The notes below the pieces were generated by a model. That model saw only the letters and a program-made list of their open reading frames with translations, ran no database searches and was not told where the DNA came from. Source: an uncultured Clostridia bacterium (GTDB lineage Bacteria; Bacillota; Clostridia; Christensenellales; UBA1242). Taken from it: 64,000 nucleotides of DNA. This document shows, piece after piece, positions 28,701 to 37,211 of the stretch. Every line of letters begins with the position of its first letter. The stretch's first letter is position 1. The position numbers and the translations under genes are program-made. The DNA is taken from NCBI GenBank assembly GCA_934754375.1, contig CAKVHT010000001.1, positions 152,532 to 216,531 on the forward strand, read 5' to 3'.

Positions 28701-29494
28701 CAAATCTTCCAGTTGGCAATTATAAAGTTGTGCTTTTCAATACAACTGGCTATTCTGTTTTAAAAGTTGTTAACATCACAATTGTTCCTTCATCTTCGTC
28801 AGAAACAGGAACAATATCCACAGACAAAACAACTTATGAATTTGGCGAAACAGTTATGGTTACAGCAACTTGTCCAACAAATGCAGGTTCATCAACATAT
28901 TGGGTTGGGCTTTATTTAGCAAATGAAACACCTTCATCATCAGTAGTTTCAATTTATTGGTATTATGTAAAAGATGACAATCACACATCAGGCACAGCTT
29001 ATGATATAAAACAACAAACAAGCAATCCTAGCCGTGGCGATTACATCAATTTGCCAGCAGGTAATTATAAGTTTGTATTGTTCAATACTTCTGGCGAAAT
29101 TGAAGCAACCACTGAGTTTGAAATTATTGCCCCAACAGTGACAGGACAACCAAGTGTTGCTTCTGCCAACATTCAATATGCAGTTGGTGATGATGTTATG
29201 GTAACAGCAGTTGCTCCAAACGACGGAAAATATTATTGGGTTGGTTTGTATTTAGAATCTGACGATGTAACCACAACAAAATCAATTTATTGGTTTGAAG
29301 TTTCAACTTCAACCGATAATACTTGGTTGTGCGTGCCATCTGGTCAACAATTAACAAATATCAAATTTGCAACAGCAAACGTTGAACGTGCAGATTTGGC
29401 AGATTTGCCTGCCGGTGATTACAAATTTGTTTTGTTCAATTCAAGTGGTTATACAATTGTGGCAACATCATCATTTACAATAGTAGGTGCATAA
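25742..29494 (+). CDS. Surface lipoprotein: clan GH-A (DUF5722-like) glycoside-hydrolase-like TIM barrel, 2 MBG-type domains and 4 'WVGLY' modules
   Basis: Lipobox TLFAC. YVIGNEIDY is NE acid/base-like and VYLTESGVSS is a TE nucleophile-like motif. Two segments (YDGTAHSLAITGSLPEGVTVQY and QDGQEHSLAITGTLPEGVTVSY) are of MBG type. Four C-terminal ~100-aa repeats follow. Confidence 0.6.
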   Translation: MKNKFFRALSCLGVIAFAMFTLFACGPRNPGNDDSDLVPDNAQSYINMKSSVTSNKVELKMTSDSGVVGSSTVNVVALKAYQYLEGDQFDGLSKDKIKLNEVDRYVVGEYKLGTEKTILLDRFADAGNTAGYDNLYNKYYLVQDDKIVKGPIYTTEIEAKYNSVPVLSNKSKKGLFAEWNGFSTYKDLGASHTVINFPIEELIHPNEIFEDGEEVELPLSEADKKNYIEFVSNGKSYYFDKDLVAEWDKEIKSYYSLGSQITAIIIARPNSNEEKFPQKFTYAPYSTQGTKMMGLNTSNSYGFNYYIALIEFLANRYSENNFANGYISNYVIGNEIDYAKDYNRISEKQASLDTYMEEYSRLMRLANLATRKYSKDITVSIPTTQAWAQKGYTLSGDQVQAYVPKQMIEWLNTKTKMEGDYNWGLAPHVYGYHLAQAGVYYLDTYKNPKSNLGNGDWYGGRNVGMTNDYNTTSKLTFSNLELLDDYLNQDGLKFGDTVRSVYLTESGVSSYWNGQLYGGENIQAGIIASAYYKISQLDSIKAFSYYRAFDNQEEAASYAVFGLVKNDFQTTPSIETKPAYNVYKYIDTQYSQYVANKYLKYIEYFDKNQNLQKYNKGFTSYLDLLNLFETKHDFSTFDWAKATPVTIDTVYEYEDKIDMGNVKFESRTFMYDGTAHSLAITGSLPEGVTVQYAQNNSLTNIGTVTVMATFTKNDEVVAKRVATLEVSKIYTNKKVYSIGEKIYVTPYIDDDISKDAWIGIYRENASIESDPSLYWYSFNAEQDGKLHTVCIQEKEDNLQGSIIAGNYTICYFVDGGYNVRYQTTINVRQSTKIDVDLTKVEFTSDSAIQDGQEHSLAITGTLPEGVTVSYENNNQTQPGIYQVKANFILDGNVIETRYAVLTIEADNIDRLQLNKTVFEQGEDVMVTATAVTNSANKTWWVGLYLADDSVETDESIYWYYVKDDEHTNGTAYNIRQQKLNSSRKDYANLPVGNYKVVLFNTTGYSVLKVVNITIVPSSSSETGTISTDKTTYEFGETVMVTATCPTNAGSSTYWVGLYLANETPSSSVVSIYWYYVKDDNHTSGTAYDIKQQTSNPSRGDYINLPAGNYKFVLFNTSGEIEATTEFEIIAPTVTGQPSVASANIQYAVGDDVMVTAVAPNDGKYYWVGLYLESDDVTTTKSIYWFEVSTSTDNTWLCVPSGQQLTNIKFATANVERADLADLPAGDYKFVLFNSSGYTIVATSSFTIVGA

Positions 29495-29910
29495 TGAAAT
29501 ATTTGGCAAAACAAATTATGCATTATTTGCTGATTGCTGTGTTTATGATTGCATCAATATGTTGCTTTACCGCATGCAGAAAAGATGGAGTAAAAAACAG
29601 CAGTTTAATCGTAAGTAAATCAAATTATATGTCGGGTGAAGAAATCGTCATAACGGCATCAGGTGATGATGACGATTGGGTTGGTATTTATCGTGAAAAA
29701 GACGAAGTAAAAAAAGTTGACCCAATTGCAAAATACAGTGTTTACAATGGCGGTTTCTTGTCTGGACAAAGCTATATTGTCCAAAGGTCGGCAACATTCA
29801 GTGAAAGCAGACTTTCATTTAAAAATTTCCCAGCGGTTAAATACAAAGCAGTTTTATTTGGTTCGCAGGGCACAAACAAAATATTAAAAACCGAGCATTT
29901 TGCTGTTGAT
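27941..29910 (+). repeat. Five protein-level copies of a ~95-105 aa module spanning two adjacent genes
   Basis: The shared signature is G(E/D)x(I/V)xVT..., W(V/I)G(L/I)Y, ...S(I/L)YW(Y/F)..., LPxGxYKxVLF. Approximate positions are 27941-28230, 28490-28790, 28840-29130, 29175-29491 and 29611-29910. Confidence 0.75.
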
Positions 29911-31137
29911 AAAACATCTTTGACAAAACCAATTGCACCAATCAAAATGTCATATAATCCAACTTATGCGGGTTCTGGTTTGGCTGATGGTGTGCTAAAT
30001 GTTGAATTTGCTAAAGATAATTTCAATGCAACAGAATTATTGCTTTATTGGGCTGATGAAAATGGTATTTTACAAGATTGGACAGCATTGGCAAAAGTTA
30101 AAATTAGTTCAAATCCATTCAAGTACAAATTCGTTTCAGGTTCAATTATTCCGCCTGAAGCGACAGCGATTAGGGCATACTCAATCAACAAACTTGGCAT
30201 TAGTGAATCATATTGCCAAATTAATTTGCCCCAAAATTCTGGATACGATATGTCTGGCAACACTTTGACAAAATTCCAAGTTGTTTCTGATGTGCACATT
30301 GCTGTTAAAGACCAACATTTAGCAAGTTCAGATGCAAAAGAATTGCATGCAAGTCATTTAAAATCAATGGCAGAAGATATAGTTTCAACCTGCCCAACCA
30401 GCGATGCACTGATTGTTGTTGGAGATATTGCCAATTCAGGGCAAGAAAGTGAATGGCAAAAAAATGCGGAAATTTTAAATAGTGTGTCAGGAATACCGTC
30501 CACATATTATGCGATTGGCAATCATGATTTATATAACGGTTCATATAAAACTCAAATCGGCTATTTTTACAAATATGCCAATGTTCAATCTGTATATTAT
30601 GAAAAGGAAATCAGCGGTTTTCATCACATCTTCTTGGGGTCAGAATCTAATAACAAAAGTGGTGTGGATGCTGACTTGACAAACACTCAACTTGATTGGT
30701 TTGAAAATAGGTTGAAAACAATAACCAGTCAAGAACCAAACAAACAAATATTTGTATATTTACATCAGTCACTTTATAACACAATCGCTGGCAGTTTTAA
30801 GGGTCAGGGATGGAGCGGTGTGATGCAGGACCAGCGTTTGAGAGAAATTTTAAAAAAATATCCTCAAGTTTATCTGTTTAATGGGCATAGCCATTGGGAT
30901 TTGAACAGTGTTGGCAATATGCATAACGCAACAAGCGAATTGCCAAACATTTTCAACACTGCTTCAGTGGGGTATTTGTGGTCTAGTTACGATAATCCTA
31001 CTGGGGACTACCTCCGTGGTTCACAAGGCTATTATATCCGAGTCTATCACAACAAAGTTTTGGTGCTTGGCAGAGATTTTGAACAGGGCAAATATATTTC
31101 ATCAGCTTGCTACGAAACCAAAATTTATAAAAAATAA
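29494..31137 (+). CDS. Lipoprotein calcineurin-like metallophosphoesterase with N-terminal 'WVGIY' module
   Basis: The start overlaps the upstream stop (TAATG). Lipobox CFTAC. Phosphoesterase motifs are VVSDVHIA, VVGDIANSG, GNHD, YLHQ and GHSHWD. Confidence 0.75.
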   Translation: MKYLAKQIMHYLLIAVFMIASICCFTACRKDGVKNSSLIVSKSNYMSGEEIVITASGDDDDWVGIYREKDEVKKVDPIAKYSVYNGGFLSGQSYIVQRSATFSESRLSFKNFPAVKYKAVLFGSQGTNKILKTEHFAVDKTSLTKPIAPIKMSYNPTYAGSGLADGVLNVEFAKDNFNATELLLYWADENGILQDWTALAKVKISSNPFKYKFVSGSIIPPEATAIRAYSINKLGISESYCQINLPQNSGYDMSGNTLTKFQVVSDVHIAVKDQHLASSDAKELHASHLKSMAEDIVSTCPTSDALIVVGDIANSGQESEWQKNAEILNSVSGIPSTYYAIGNHDLYNGSYKTQIGYFYKYANVQSVYYEKEISGFHHIFLGSESNNKSGVDADLTNTQLDWFENRLKTITSQEPNKQIFVYLHQSLYNTIAGSFKGQGWSGVMQDQRLREILKKYPQVYLFNGHSHWDLNSVGNMHNATSELPNIFNTASVGYLWSSYDNPTGDYLRGSQGYYIRVYHNKVLVLGRDFEQGKYISSACYETKIYKK

Positions 31138-31193
31138 ATTCCAATTTAAGCTAAAATAACAACCAAATTCAAAAACATGATTTTTGATATTGT

Positions 31194-31257
31194 AAAAAAC
31201 AAGCCATATTGAAGTGTTTGTGTTAGAGATACACATTTCATATACAGCTTGTTTTTT
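31194..31257. terminator. Long composite hairpin, bidirectional terminator between the phosphoesterase gene and tRNA-Arg
   Basis: aaaaaacaagc (31194-31204) pairs with gcttgtttttt (31247-31257). There is an inner gtgt/acac stem. Confidence 0.5.
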
Positions 31258-31259
31258 TA

Positions 31260-31336
<77 letters not shown>

Positions 31337-31383
31337 ATTCGGATTGGTTTTAGGCTACATCGTTTACCCATTTTACCTAGACA

Positions 31384-31412
31384 AAGATACCATATTGACA
31401 AAGTTTTGTCAA
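31384..31412 (-). promoter_or_regulatory. Candidate promoter for tRNA-Arg (TTGACA-17-TGgTATCTT) inside an 8-2-8 palindrome
   Basis: On the minus strand, TTGACA is at 31412-31407 and the extended -10 TGgTATCTT is at 31392-31384. The palindrome TTGACAAAgtTTTGTCAA spans 31395-31412. Confidence 0.35.
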
Positions 31413-31483
31413 GACAAAAAGCTTTTATGCGATTTATTGGTATAATATTGTATTTTAAGTTACAAACATTATAATGCGGTTGT

Positions 31484-32056
31484 TTATTTGAACTTTAATG
31501 TTGAACTTATAGTGAGATAATATTTGTTATCGTGTTCGTCTGTTAAAGTTTTTGATTTGTGATAAATTTCGGTGGTGTTGGTGTTTTTTATTTTTATATT
31601 GCCAAAAAGTTTTAACTCACTTTCAAAAACAGTCCAATATTTTGTGTAAAGCGCGGTTTGATTAATTATTTGTTTGAGCATTGTTTGCTGATAGGTATTA
31701 AAATACCTTTTAATAATCTTCTGATTAGGTTTTGAAAATTTTTGTACGTCAATGCCGATGGGGTGGTCAGAAACAGCAACCACCACCAAGTTATGGCTGT
31801 GTGATATATTGAAGTGGATTTTTAATGATTTATCCTTAAATACAGGCTTACCATTTTTATCATGAACAATTTCTATTTGATCCAAATCAATGTTTAATGA
31901 TTTTAACAATGTTTTCAAGGCTATATATGAATATATTACAGACTTTTTGTCACAATTAAGTTTATAGTCATTCATGCGGTTGAAAAAATAGGGGTTAGAT
32001 GGTTGCTGACCTTTTAATTCTTTATTAGAAATGTCTATAATTTTTATTTTATTCAT
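31484..32056 (-). CDS. 4'-phosphopantetheinyl transferase (Sfp-type)
   Basis: GKPVFKD...HFNISHSHNLVVVAVSDHPIGIDVQK is the PPTase core motif. 190 aa. Confidence 0.75.
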   Translation of the reverse strand: MNKIKIIDISNKELKGQQPSNPYFFNRMNDYKLNCDKKSVIYSYIALKTLLKSLNIDLDQIEIVHDKNGKPVFKDKSLKIHFNISHSHNLVVVAVSDHPIGIDVQKFSKPNQKIIKRYFNTYQQTMLKQIINQTALYTKYWTVFESELKLFGNIKIKNTNTTEIYHKSKTLTDEHDNKYYLTISSTLKFK

Positions 32057-32095
32057 ATTAAATTTTTTAATTAAATTTTAGGCTGTTGCTTTTTG

Positions 32096-33004
32096 TTATA
32101 ACAGTGAAATTAAATCTTCAATTTCTTTTAAAGTTGTAAACTGCATGATTTTTAGTTTTGTTTGTGTTGCAAGAGGTGTGGACTTTACATACCACATTAA
32201 ATGTTTTTTAAAGTATGCCACAAGTGTTTTTTCGCTTTTAAAATATGTTTTAAGCAATTGCAAATGATTGATAATTGCTTGTTTTTTGCTATATGGTTCA
32301 TTTTTTTTGGCAAGAGTACTAAATATTTCAGGATTTCCCATTGCGTGTCTGCCAATCATCACTCCTGCACAACCAATTGATTTTGCAAACTCAATATCCT
32401 CATTAGAAGATATATCCCCAGACCAAAACACAGGTATATTGATGCTTTGAACAAGTTTTACATAGGCATTTTTATCAACTTCTCCAGCATAACCTTGTTC
32501 GCGAGTTCTGGCATGCAATGTTACAAATGTCACACCGCATTCTTCACACATTTTGGCGAAATCAATAAAATTCTCAATGCCGTTTATTCCCAGTCTAAAT
32601 TTCACAGATACTGGTCTATTTGAATATTTAACCAAAGCGGATATAACTTTGCGAGAGTTTTCAATATCTGCCATCATGGCACTGCCGTCATGATTTTTGA
32701 CAATTTTAGGAGCAGGACAACCGCAATTTAAATCTATAAAATCAAATTTTTCAAAACGACTATCACTGATTAATTTTGCAATTTCTGGGTCGTGAAAAAA
32801 CACTTGACAGCCACGGATAGCAGAGGATTCCTCTCTTAACATTTTTTCAGTTGTTTTGCTGTTGTTTTGAAATGCTTTTAAACTTATCATTTCGGTTACA
32901 ACCATATCAGCACCAAAATCTGCGCAAATTTTTCTAAACGCAAAATCTGTAACACCTGCCATAGGTGCCAATGCAATCATAAAATGGTCAAAATTCAATT
33001 TCAT
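32096..33004 (-). CDS. dusB: tRNA-dihydrouridine synthase
   Basis: LAPMAGVTDFAFRKIC and DLNCGCPAPK motifs. 302 aa. Confidence 0.85.
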   Translation of the reverse strand: MKLNFDHFMIALAPMAGVTDFAFRKICADFGADMVVTEMISLKAFQNNSKTTEKMLREESSAIRGCQVFFHDPEIAKLISDSRFEKFDFIDLNCGCPAPKIVKNHDGSAMMADIENSRKVISALVKYSNRPVSVKFRLGINGIENFIDFAKMCEECGVTFVTLHARTREQGYAGEVDKNAYVKLVQSINIPVFWSGDISSNEDIEFAKSIGCAGVMIGRHAMGNPEIFSTLAKKNEPYSKKQAIINHLQLLKTYFKSEKTLVAYFKKHLMWYVKSTPLATQTKLKIMQFTTLKEIEDLISLL

Positions 33005-33010
33005 ATTTAG

Positions 33011-33038
33011 ATTATATAAAAAATAAAAAAAATATCAA
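33011..33038 (-). promoter_or_regulatory. Promoter TTGATA-16-TATAAT placed 6 nt from the dusB ATG (leaderless geometry)
   Basis: On the minus strand, TTGATA is at 33038-33033 and TATAAT at 33016-33011. The gap ctaaat precedes ATG 33004. No SD. Confidence 0.5.
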
Positions 33039-33225
33039 ACTGAACAAATATAAAAATTTTAATTATTTTTAACAAACATTAAAAAAAATAACAAAAATAT
33101 TCAAATTATATTGGATTAATAATATTTTTAATAAATTTTTATTATTTATTTTATATATCGTTAATATTTAATGATGATAATTAAAAATTAATTTTGTAAA
33201 TATTTTAAATTAAAAAGCAAAAAAT

Positions 33226-34749
33226 ATGAATATGAAAAAGAATAATTTTTTATCTGGTGCACTTATTTTATCTGTTGGTGGAATTTTGGCAAAAATTTTC
33301 AGTGCGATTTATAGAATTGGCTTAACAAGAATTTTGGGTGGCGAGGGAATTGGACTTTATCAATTAATCTTTCCGCTGTATTCATTGTGTGTTGTTGTCA
33401 CAACTGCAGGACTACCAATGGCAATATCCAAAGTTATTTCAAGATATAAAGATTGTCAATCAAACATCATAAAAAAATGTTTAAGAACAACAATGCTGAT
33501 ATCTTTGTTTATCGGATTGATTCTTGCGGGGTTTAGCAAGCCATTGGCAAATTTGCAAGGGGCAAATGATATATGGATATGCTATTTGATATTGGCGCCG
33601 ACAATTATGATTATCAGTGCAACAAGCGTCTTGCGAGGATATTTCCAAGGCTTAGGGTATTTTGCACCTAGCACAGTATCAAATGTGAGTGAACAATTTG
33701 TTAAACTTGTTGTTGGCTTGGTTGCAAGTTTGGTTTTGATAAAAGTAAGTTTAATTATGGCCATAATTGGGGCGGTTGTATCTATTGTTGTTAGTGAAAT
33801 TATATCTTTGCTAATATTGGTTTTGTACCTTAAGAAAAAACCTTTGAAAAACAATGTCACAGATTGTGAAATATCAACAAAACAAATATTTAAAGATGTG
33901 TTGCCGATTACGTTGACTAATGTGATTTTGCCAATAAGCAGTTTTATAGATAGTGTGCTAGTGGTCAATTTGCTTGCTATAAATTTTAGCAAACAAATGT
34001 CAATTTTTATGTATGGTGTTGAATCTGGTGCGGTTGGGTCATTAATCAGTTTACCAACGATATTTTCATTTGCTATTGCAAGTGTTTTGTTGCCAAGTTT
34101 ATCAACAAACAGCCGTGTTCAAAATAAAACATACAAACTTGCTTTGGGTTTAAAAATTGTTTTGATAATTACTATACCTTGTGTGATTTGTTTTACACTT
34201 ATACCTGATAAACTAATAGAGATATTATATTCAAACAACCTGTCAGGATATGGTGTGGAAGGATTAAATATGGCTTTTAGGCTACTAACGATAAGTGGTT
34301 TTGGTGTTGTTTTCTTGGCTATTAATCAGTTGTATTCAAGTTGCTTACAGGCAATGGATAAAAGGTATGCAACGGTTAGGAATTTGATTATTGCGGTTGC
34401 TGTTAAATTTGTGATTGAATTGATATTTATGCCAAGTTCAATGATAAATATATATGCGTTGGCAATAGGAAATACCGCATGCTATATTACCGCAATGGCA
34501 TTAAATCATTTGGAAATATTGCAAAGTTTCCCATTGAAGTTTGATTATATGTTTATGTGTAAATTATTGTTGTGTAATGCTATTATGCTTGTTGCATTAA
34601 TTACTTTTATGACAATTTGTAAAACAGTTTTAACTAGTCTGCTTGGATTGGTTTTGGTTGGCTTGATTTATATTGCTTGCTTGTTTTTGTTCAAGGTTTT
34701 CAACAATAAAGATATTGCAATGTTCAAATATAAAACAATACGTCAATAA
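33226..34749 (+). CDS. MOP-superfamily flippase, SpoVB/MurJ-like
   Basis: About 14 TMs. The N-terminus LSGALILSVGGILAKIFSAIYRIGLTRILGGEGIGLY resembles SpoVB/MurJ. Confidence 0.7.
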   Translation: MNMKKNNFLSGALILSVGGILAKIFSAIYRIGLTRILGGEGIGLYQLIFPLYSLCVVVTTAGLPMAISKVISRYKDCQSNIIKKCLRTTMLISLFIGLILAGFSKPLANLQGANDIWICYLILAPTIMIISATSVLRGYFQGLGYFAPSTVSNVSEQFVKLVVGLVASLVLIKVSLIMAIIGAVVSIVVSEIISLLILVLYLKKKPLKNNVTDCEISTKQIFKDVLPITLTNVILPISSFIDSVLVVNLLAINFSKQMSIFMYGVESGAVGSLISLPTIFSFAIASVLLPSLSTNSRVQNKTYKLALGLKIVLIITIPCVICFTLIPDKLIEILYSNNLSGYGVEGLNMAFRLLTISGFGVVFLAINQLYSSCLQAMDKRYATVRNLIIAVAVKFVIELIFMPSSMINIYALAIGNTACYITAMALNHLEILQSFPLKFDYMFMCKLLLCNAIMLVALITFMTICKTVLTSLLGLVLVGLIYIACLFLFKVFNNKDIAMFKYKTIRQ

Positions 34750-34817
34750 ACTTGTTGAAAAAATGATTAAAACCGATTGGTTTGGTAACAACTTTTATAT
34801 GACAAAAGGAGAGATGT

Positions 34818-35090
34818 ATGAATAAAAATGAATTTATTAATCAGGTAAACACCAAAACAGGTTTAACAAAAAAGGACTGTAAATTGTGTTTGGAAACAAT
34901 AATAGATGTTATTAAAGATGCGCTTAAAAATGGCGATAGTGTTACACTTTCTAATTTTGGAAAATTTAAAGTGAACCAAATCAAATCCAAACCAATATAT
35001 AGTTTTCAGACAGGGCAAACATATTTGGCTGGACAAAGAAAAACACCAGTCTTTAAGGCAAGTGACTGTTTGAAAAGAAGTGTTAAATAG
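34818..35090 (+). CDS. hup: HU-family DNA-binding protein
   Basis: 90 aa. The N-terminus is MNKNEFINQV...LTKKD and the arm region contains FGKFKV. SD aaaggagag. Confidence 0.85.
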   Translation: MNKNEFINQVNTKTGLTKKDCKLCLETIIDVIKDALKNGDSVTLSNFGKFKVNQIKSKPIYSFQTGQTYLAGQRKTPVFKASDCLKRSVK

Positions 35091-35290
35091 ACTGAAAAAA
35101 AATTATAATAATTAATATTTAAATATAAAAAAATTAATTTTTGCTATAATTTTAGTGGTTTTTTTAATAATTTTTTTACAAATTTAATTATTTTATAATT
35201 TTAATTGTTAAAAATTAAATAGTGAATATTAAAAAAATATATTTTTAACAAATATATTATGCCTTATCAGTTGCAATAAAAAAGCAAGAA

Positions 35291-35746
35291 TTATCTTGCT
35301 TTTTTTCGTTTTTCTTTAAAGAATGATTGTATCAAATTTTTGTTTTCATTTTCAAATTCAGTGTCATGAATTACATTTATAGTGTGGTTCAAACTTGACG
35401 TAATATTGAATTTTGAAAAGCCGCCACTTTGTTCATCTTCGACAGCATAATAAACATTTTTTATTCTGGCATTTAAAATAGCTCCTGCACACATAGGACA
35501 AGGCTCTAGTGTTACATATAAGTCACAATTGTCAAGACGCCAAGAGTGTAGTTTTTTGCAAGCTTTTTGTATTGCTAAAATTTCAGCATGATGTGTTGCA
35601 ATTTGATGATGTTCTCTAAGGTTGTAGGCTTTTGCAATTATTTTATTGTTTTTTACAACTAGTGCGCCAATAGGAACTTCTTCTTTGCATTTTGCTGTGT
35701 ATGCGAGCATTGTTGCCAATTGCATTGGATTGATTTCTTTTTTCAT
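35291..35746 (-). CDS. tadA: tRNA-specific adenosine deaminase
   Basis: HAEILAI and PCPMCAGA deaminase zinc motifs. The exact start is uncertain (ATG 35746 or 35725). Confidence 0.85.
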   Translation of the reverse strand: MKKEINPMQLATMLAYTAKCKEEVPIGALVVKNNKIIAKAYNLREHHQIATHHAEILAIQKACKKLHSWRLDNCDLYVTLEPCPMCAGAILNARIKNVYYAVEDEQSGGFSKFNITSSLNHTINVIHDTEFENENKNLIQSFFKEKRKKAR

Positions 35747-36641
35747 ACTTCATATTTTGCACATTTGCAAAGTTGTTGTCAATTGAATTTGAATATTCTA
35801 TTGCTTTGGTTAGTGCAACAATTGGCACGTCTTTATTTTTAGCATAGATTTCTGGCAAATTTTCTTCACCAATAGGATGAGATAAAGATTCTGCACCAAC
35901 TTCAATTGTGTATGCTGGTATTTTCAATTTCTGGATACACCAGTCTTTGTATCCACCTGTTGAATCTTCGGTTAAAATCAAAGGGTAGCCTGTCAATTCG
36001 CTCAAAGCTGAACCAATGTTAAAATCTCTTGCTTGGTTTACGTCAGTTTGCCCTTCAAAGCCGTAATAAATTATGTCTCCCTTGCTGTGGTATGATATTG
36101 TTAATTTTGGTTTAACCTTTAACGTAAAATCAACCAATGATTGCACTTCACGTTCGCTTTCTTGGTAAAAACCAATAAAATTTGCAGTGCTTGGGCAGGT
36201 TACATTTTGGCTTCCACCTCCCCAATTAGCATCAAAATTGGTGTTGAGGTCAACAAGATTGATGTTTGCTTTAAATTGACCAAAATTATTGCTACCATTG
36301 TTTGCTAGTGTTAGATATTGTTTTGTGATGTTGCACGGCAGACTGTCAATTCCTTCAAGCACAATTTGTGCTCCATCGGGATTTGTTAAAAACACAAAAT
36401 AAACACCACCATTTTTTATTGCGTTGTTGTGAAATAAATCTCTAGCCATTTCAATAAGCAAAAGTGTTGTTATATATTCTCTTGCATGTATGCCTGCTTG
36501 AATTAAAATTTGAGTGCCAGAGTAGTTGCCGATATGTGTTGCTAAAATGTTTTTTCCCAAAACACTTTTGCCAGCATTGAAAATTTCTAATCCTTCTTCT
36601 TCTAATTGAAAAATACGATCAATTAATTCTTGATAAGTCAT
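35643..36641 (-). CDS. M14-family metallocarboxypeptidase (gamma-D-glutamyl-diamino-acid peptidase-like)
   Basis: QAGIHAREYIT is the HxxE zinc motif, with SD aggaga. The last ~34 codons overlap tadA in another frame. Confidence 0.7.
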   Translation of the reverse strand: MTYQELIDRIFQLEEEGLEIFNAGKSVLGKNILATHIGNYSGTQILIQAGIHAREYITTLLLIEMARDLFHNNAIKNGGVYFVFLTNPDGAQIVLEGIDSLPCNITKQYLTLANNGSNNFGQFKANINLVDLNTNFDANWGGGSQNVTCPSTANFIGFYQESEREVQSLVDFTLKVKPKLTISYHSKGDIIYYGFEGQTDVNQARDFNIGSALSELTGYPLILTEDSTGGYKDWCIQKLKIPAYTIEVGAESLSHPIGEENLPEIYAKNKDVPIVALTKAIEYSNSIDNNFANVQNMKYEKRNQSNAIGNNARIHSKMQRRSSYWRTSCKKQ

Positions 36642-36740
36642 AACTTTCTCCTGTTATGATATATGATTTAAGATTTATCATGTTGACAGCATATAAAAAA
36701 CAAGGGGATAAAATCCCTTGTTATGTAGAATAAATAGTGT

Positions 36741-37211
36741 TTATTTATGATATGAAATATTGTTGTTGATTGTAAATGCTCGGTACAATTGTTCCAAAAA
36801 TATTACACGCATAAGTTGATGGGGGAATGTCATTTTTGAAAATGAAATTCTCTCTTTGCTTATAGTTTTTATCCTTTCAGCAATACCATTGGATGCGCCA
36901 ATAATAAAACTGATTTCGCCAGCCCTGAGTGCAATGTTGTTGATTTTTTGTGCAAATTGTTCGCTGGAGTATTGTGGGGCAGAAATGTCTAAACACACGG
37001 TATAACCTTTTATGTGTTTTTCAATTTCTTGAGCATCTTTTTCTAGGGCCAACAGCATATCTTTTTCACTTGCTGACTTAGGATTATTTTCCTTTAATTC
37101 AATTATTTTTAAATCGGCAAATCTGCCGATGCGTTTTGAATATTCAGCAATTGCTTCAGAAAGATATTTTTCTTTAATATCGCCCATACATATTAAGTTT
37201 ATTTTTATCAT
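36741..37211 (-). CDS. rlmH: 23S rRNA (pseudouridine1915-N3)-methyltransferase RlmH
   Basis: MIKINLICMGDIKEKYLSEAIAEYSKRI is typical of the SPOUT-family RlmH N-terminus. ATG 37211 overlaps the upstream stop by 1 nt, and ggggg serves as the SD. Confidence 0.85.
   Translation of the reverse strand: MIKINLICMGDIKEKYLSEAIAEYSKRIGRFADLKIIELKENNPKSASEKDMLLALEKDAQEIEKHIKGYTVCLDISAPQYSSEQFAQKINNIALRAGEISFIIGASNGIAERIKTISKERISFSKMTFPHQLMRVIFLEQLYRAFTINNNISYHK

Noticed and set aside
31395-31412. Perfect 8-2-8 palindrome TTGACAAAgtTTTGTCAA as a bidirectional promoter or operator
   Set aside because: Only the minus-strand TTGACA has a plausible -10 at the right spacing, and this is recorded as the tRNA-Arg promoter. 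The plus-strand copy has no -10, and nothing supports an operator role.
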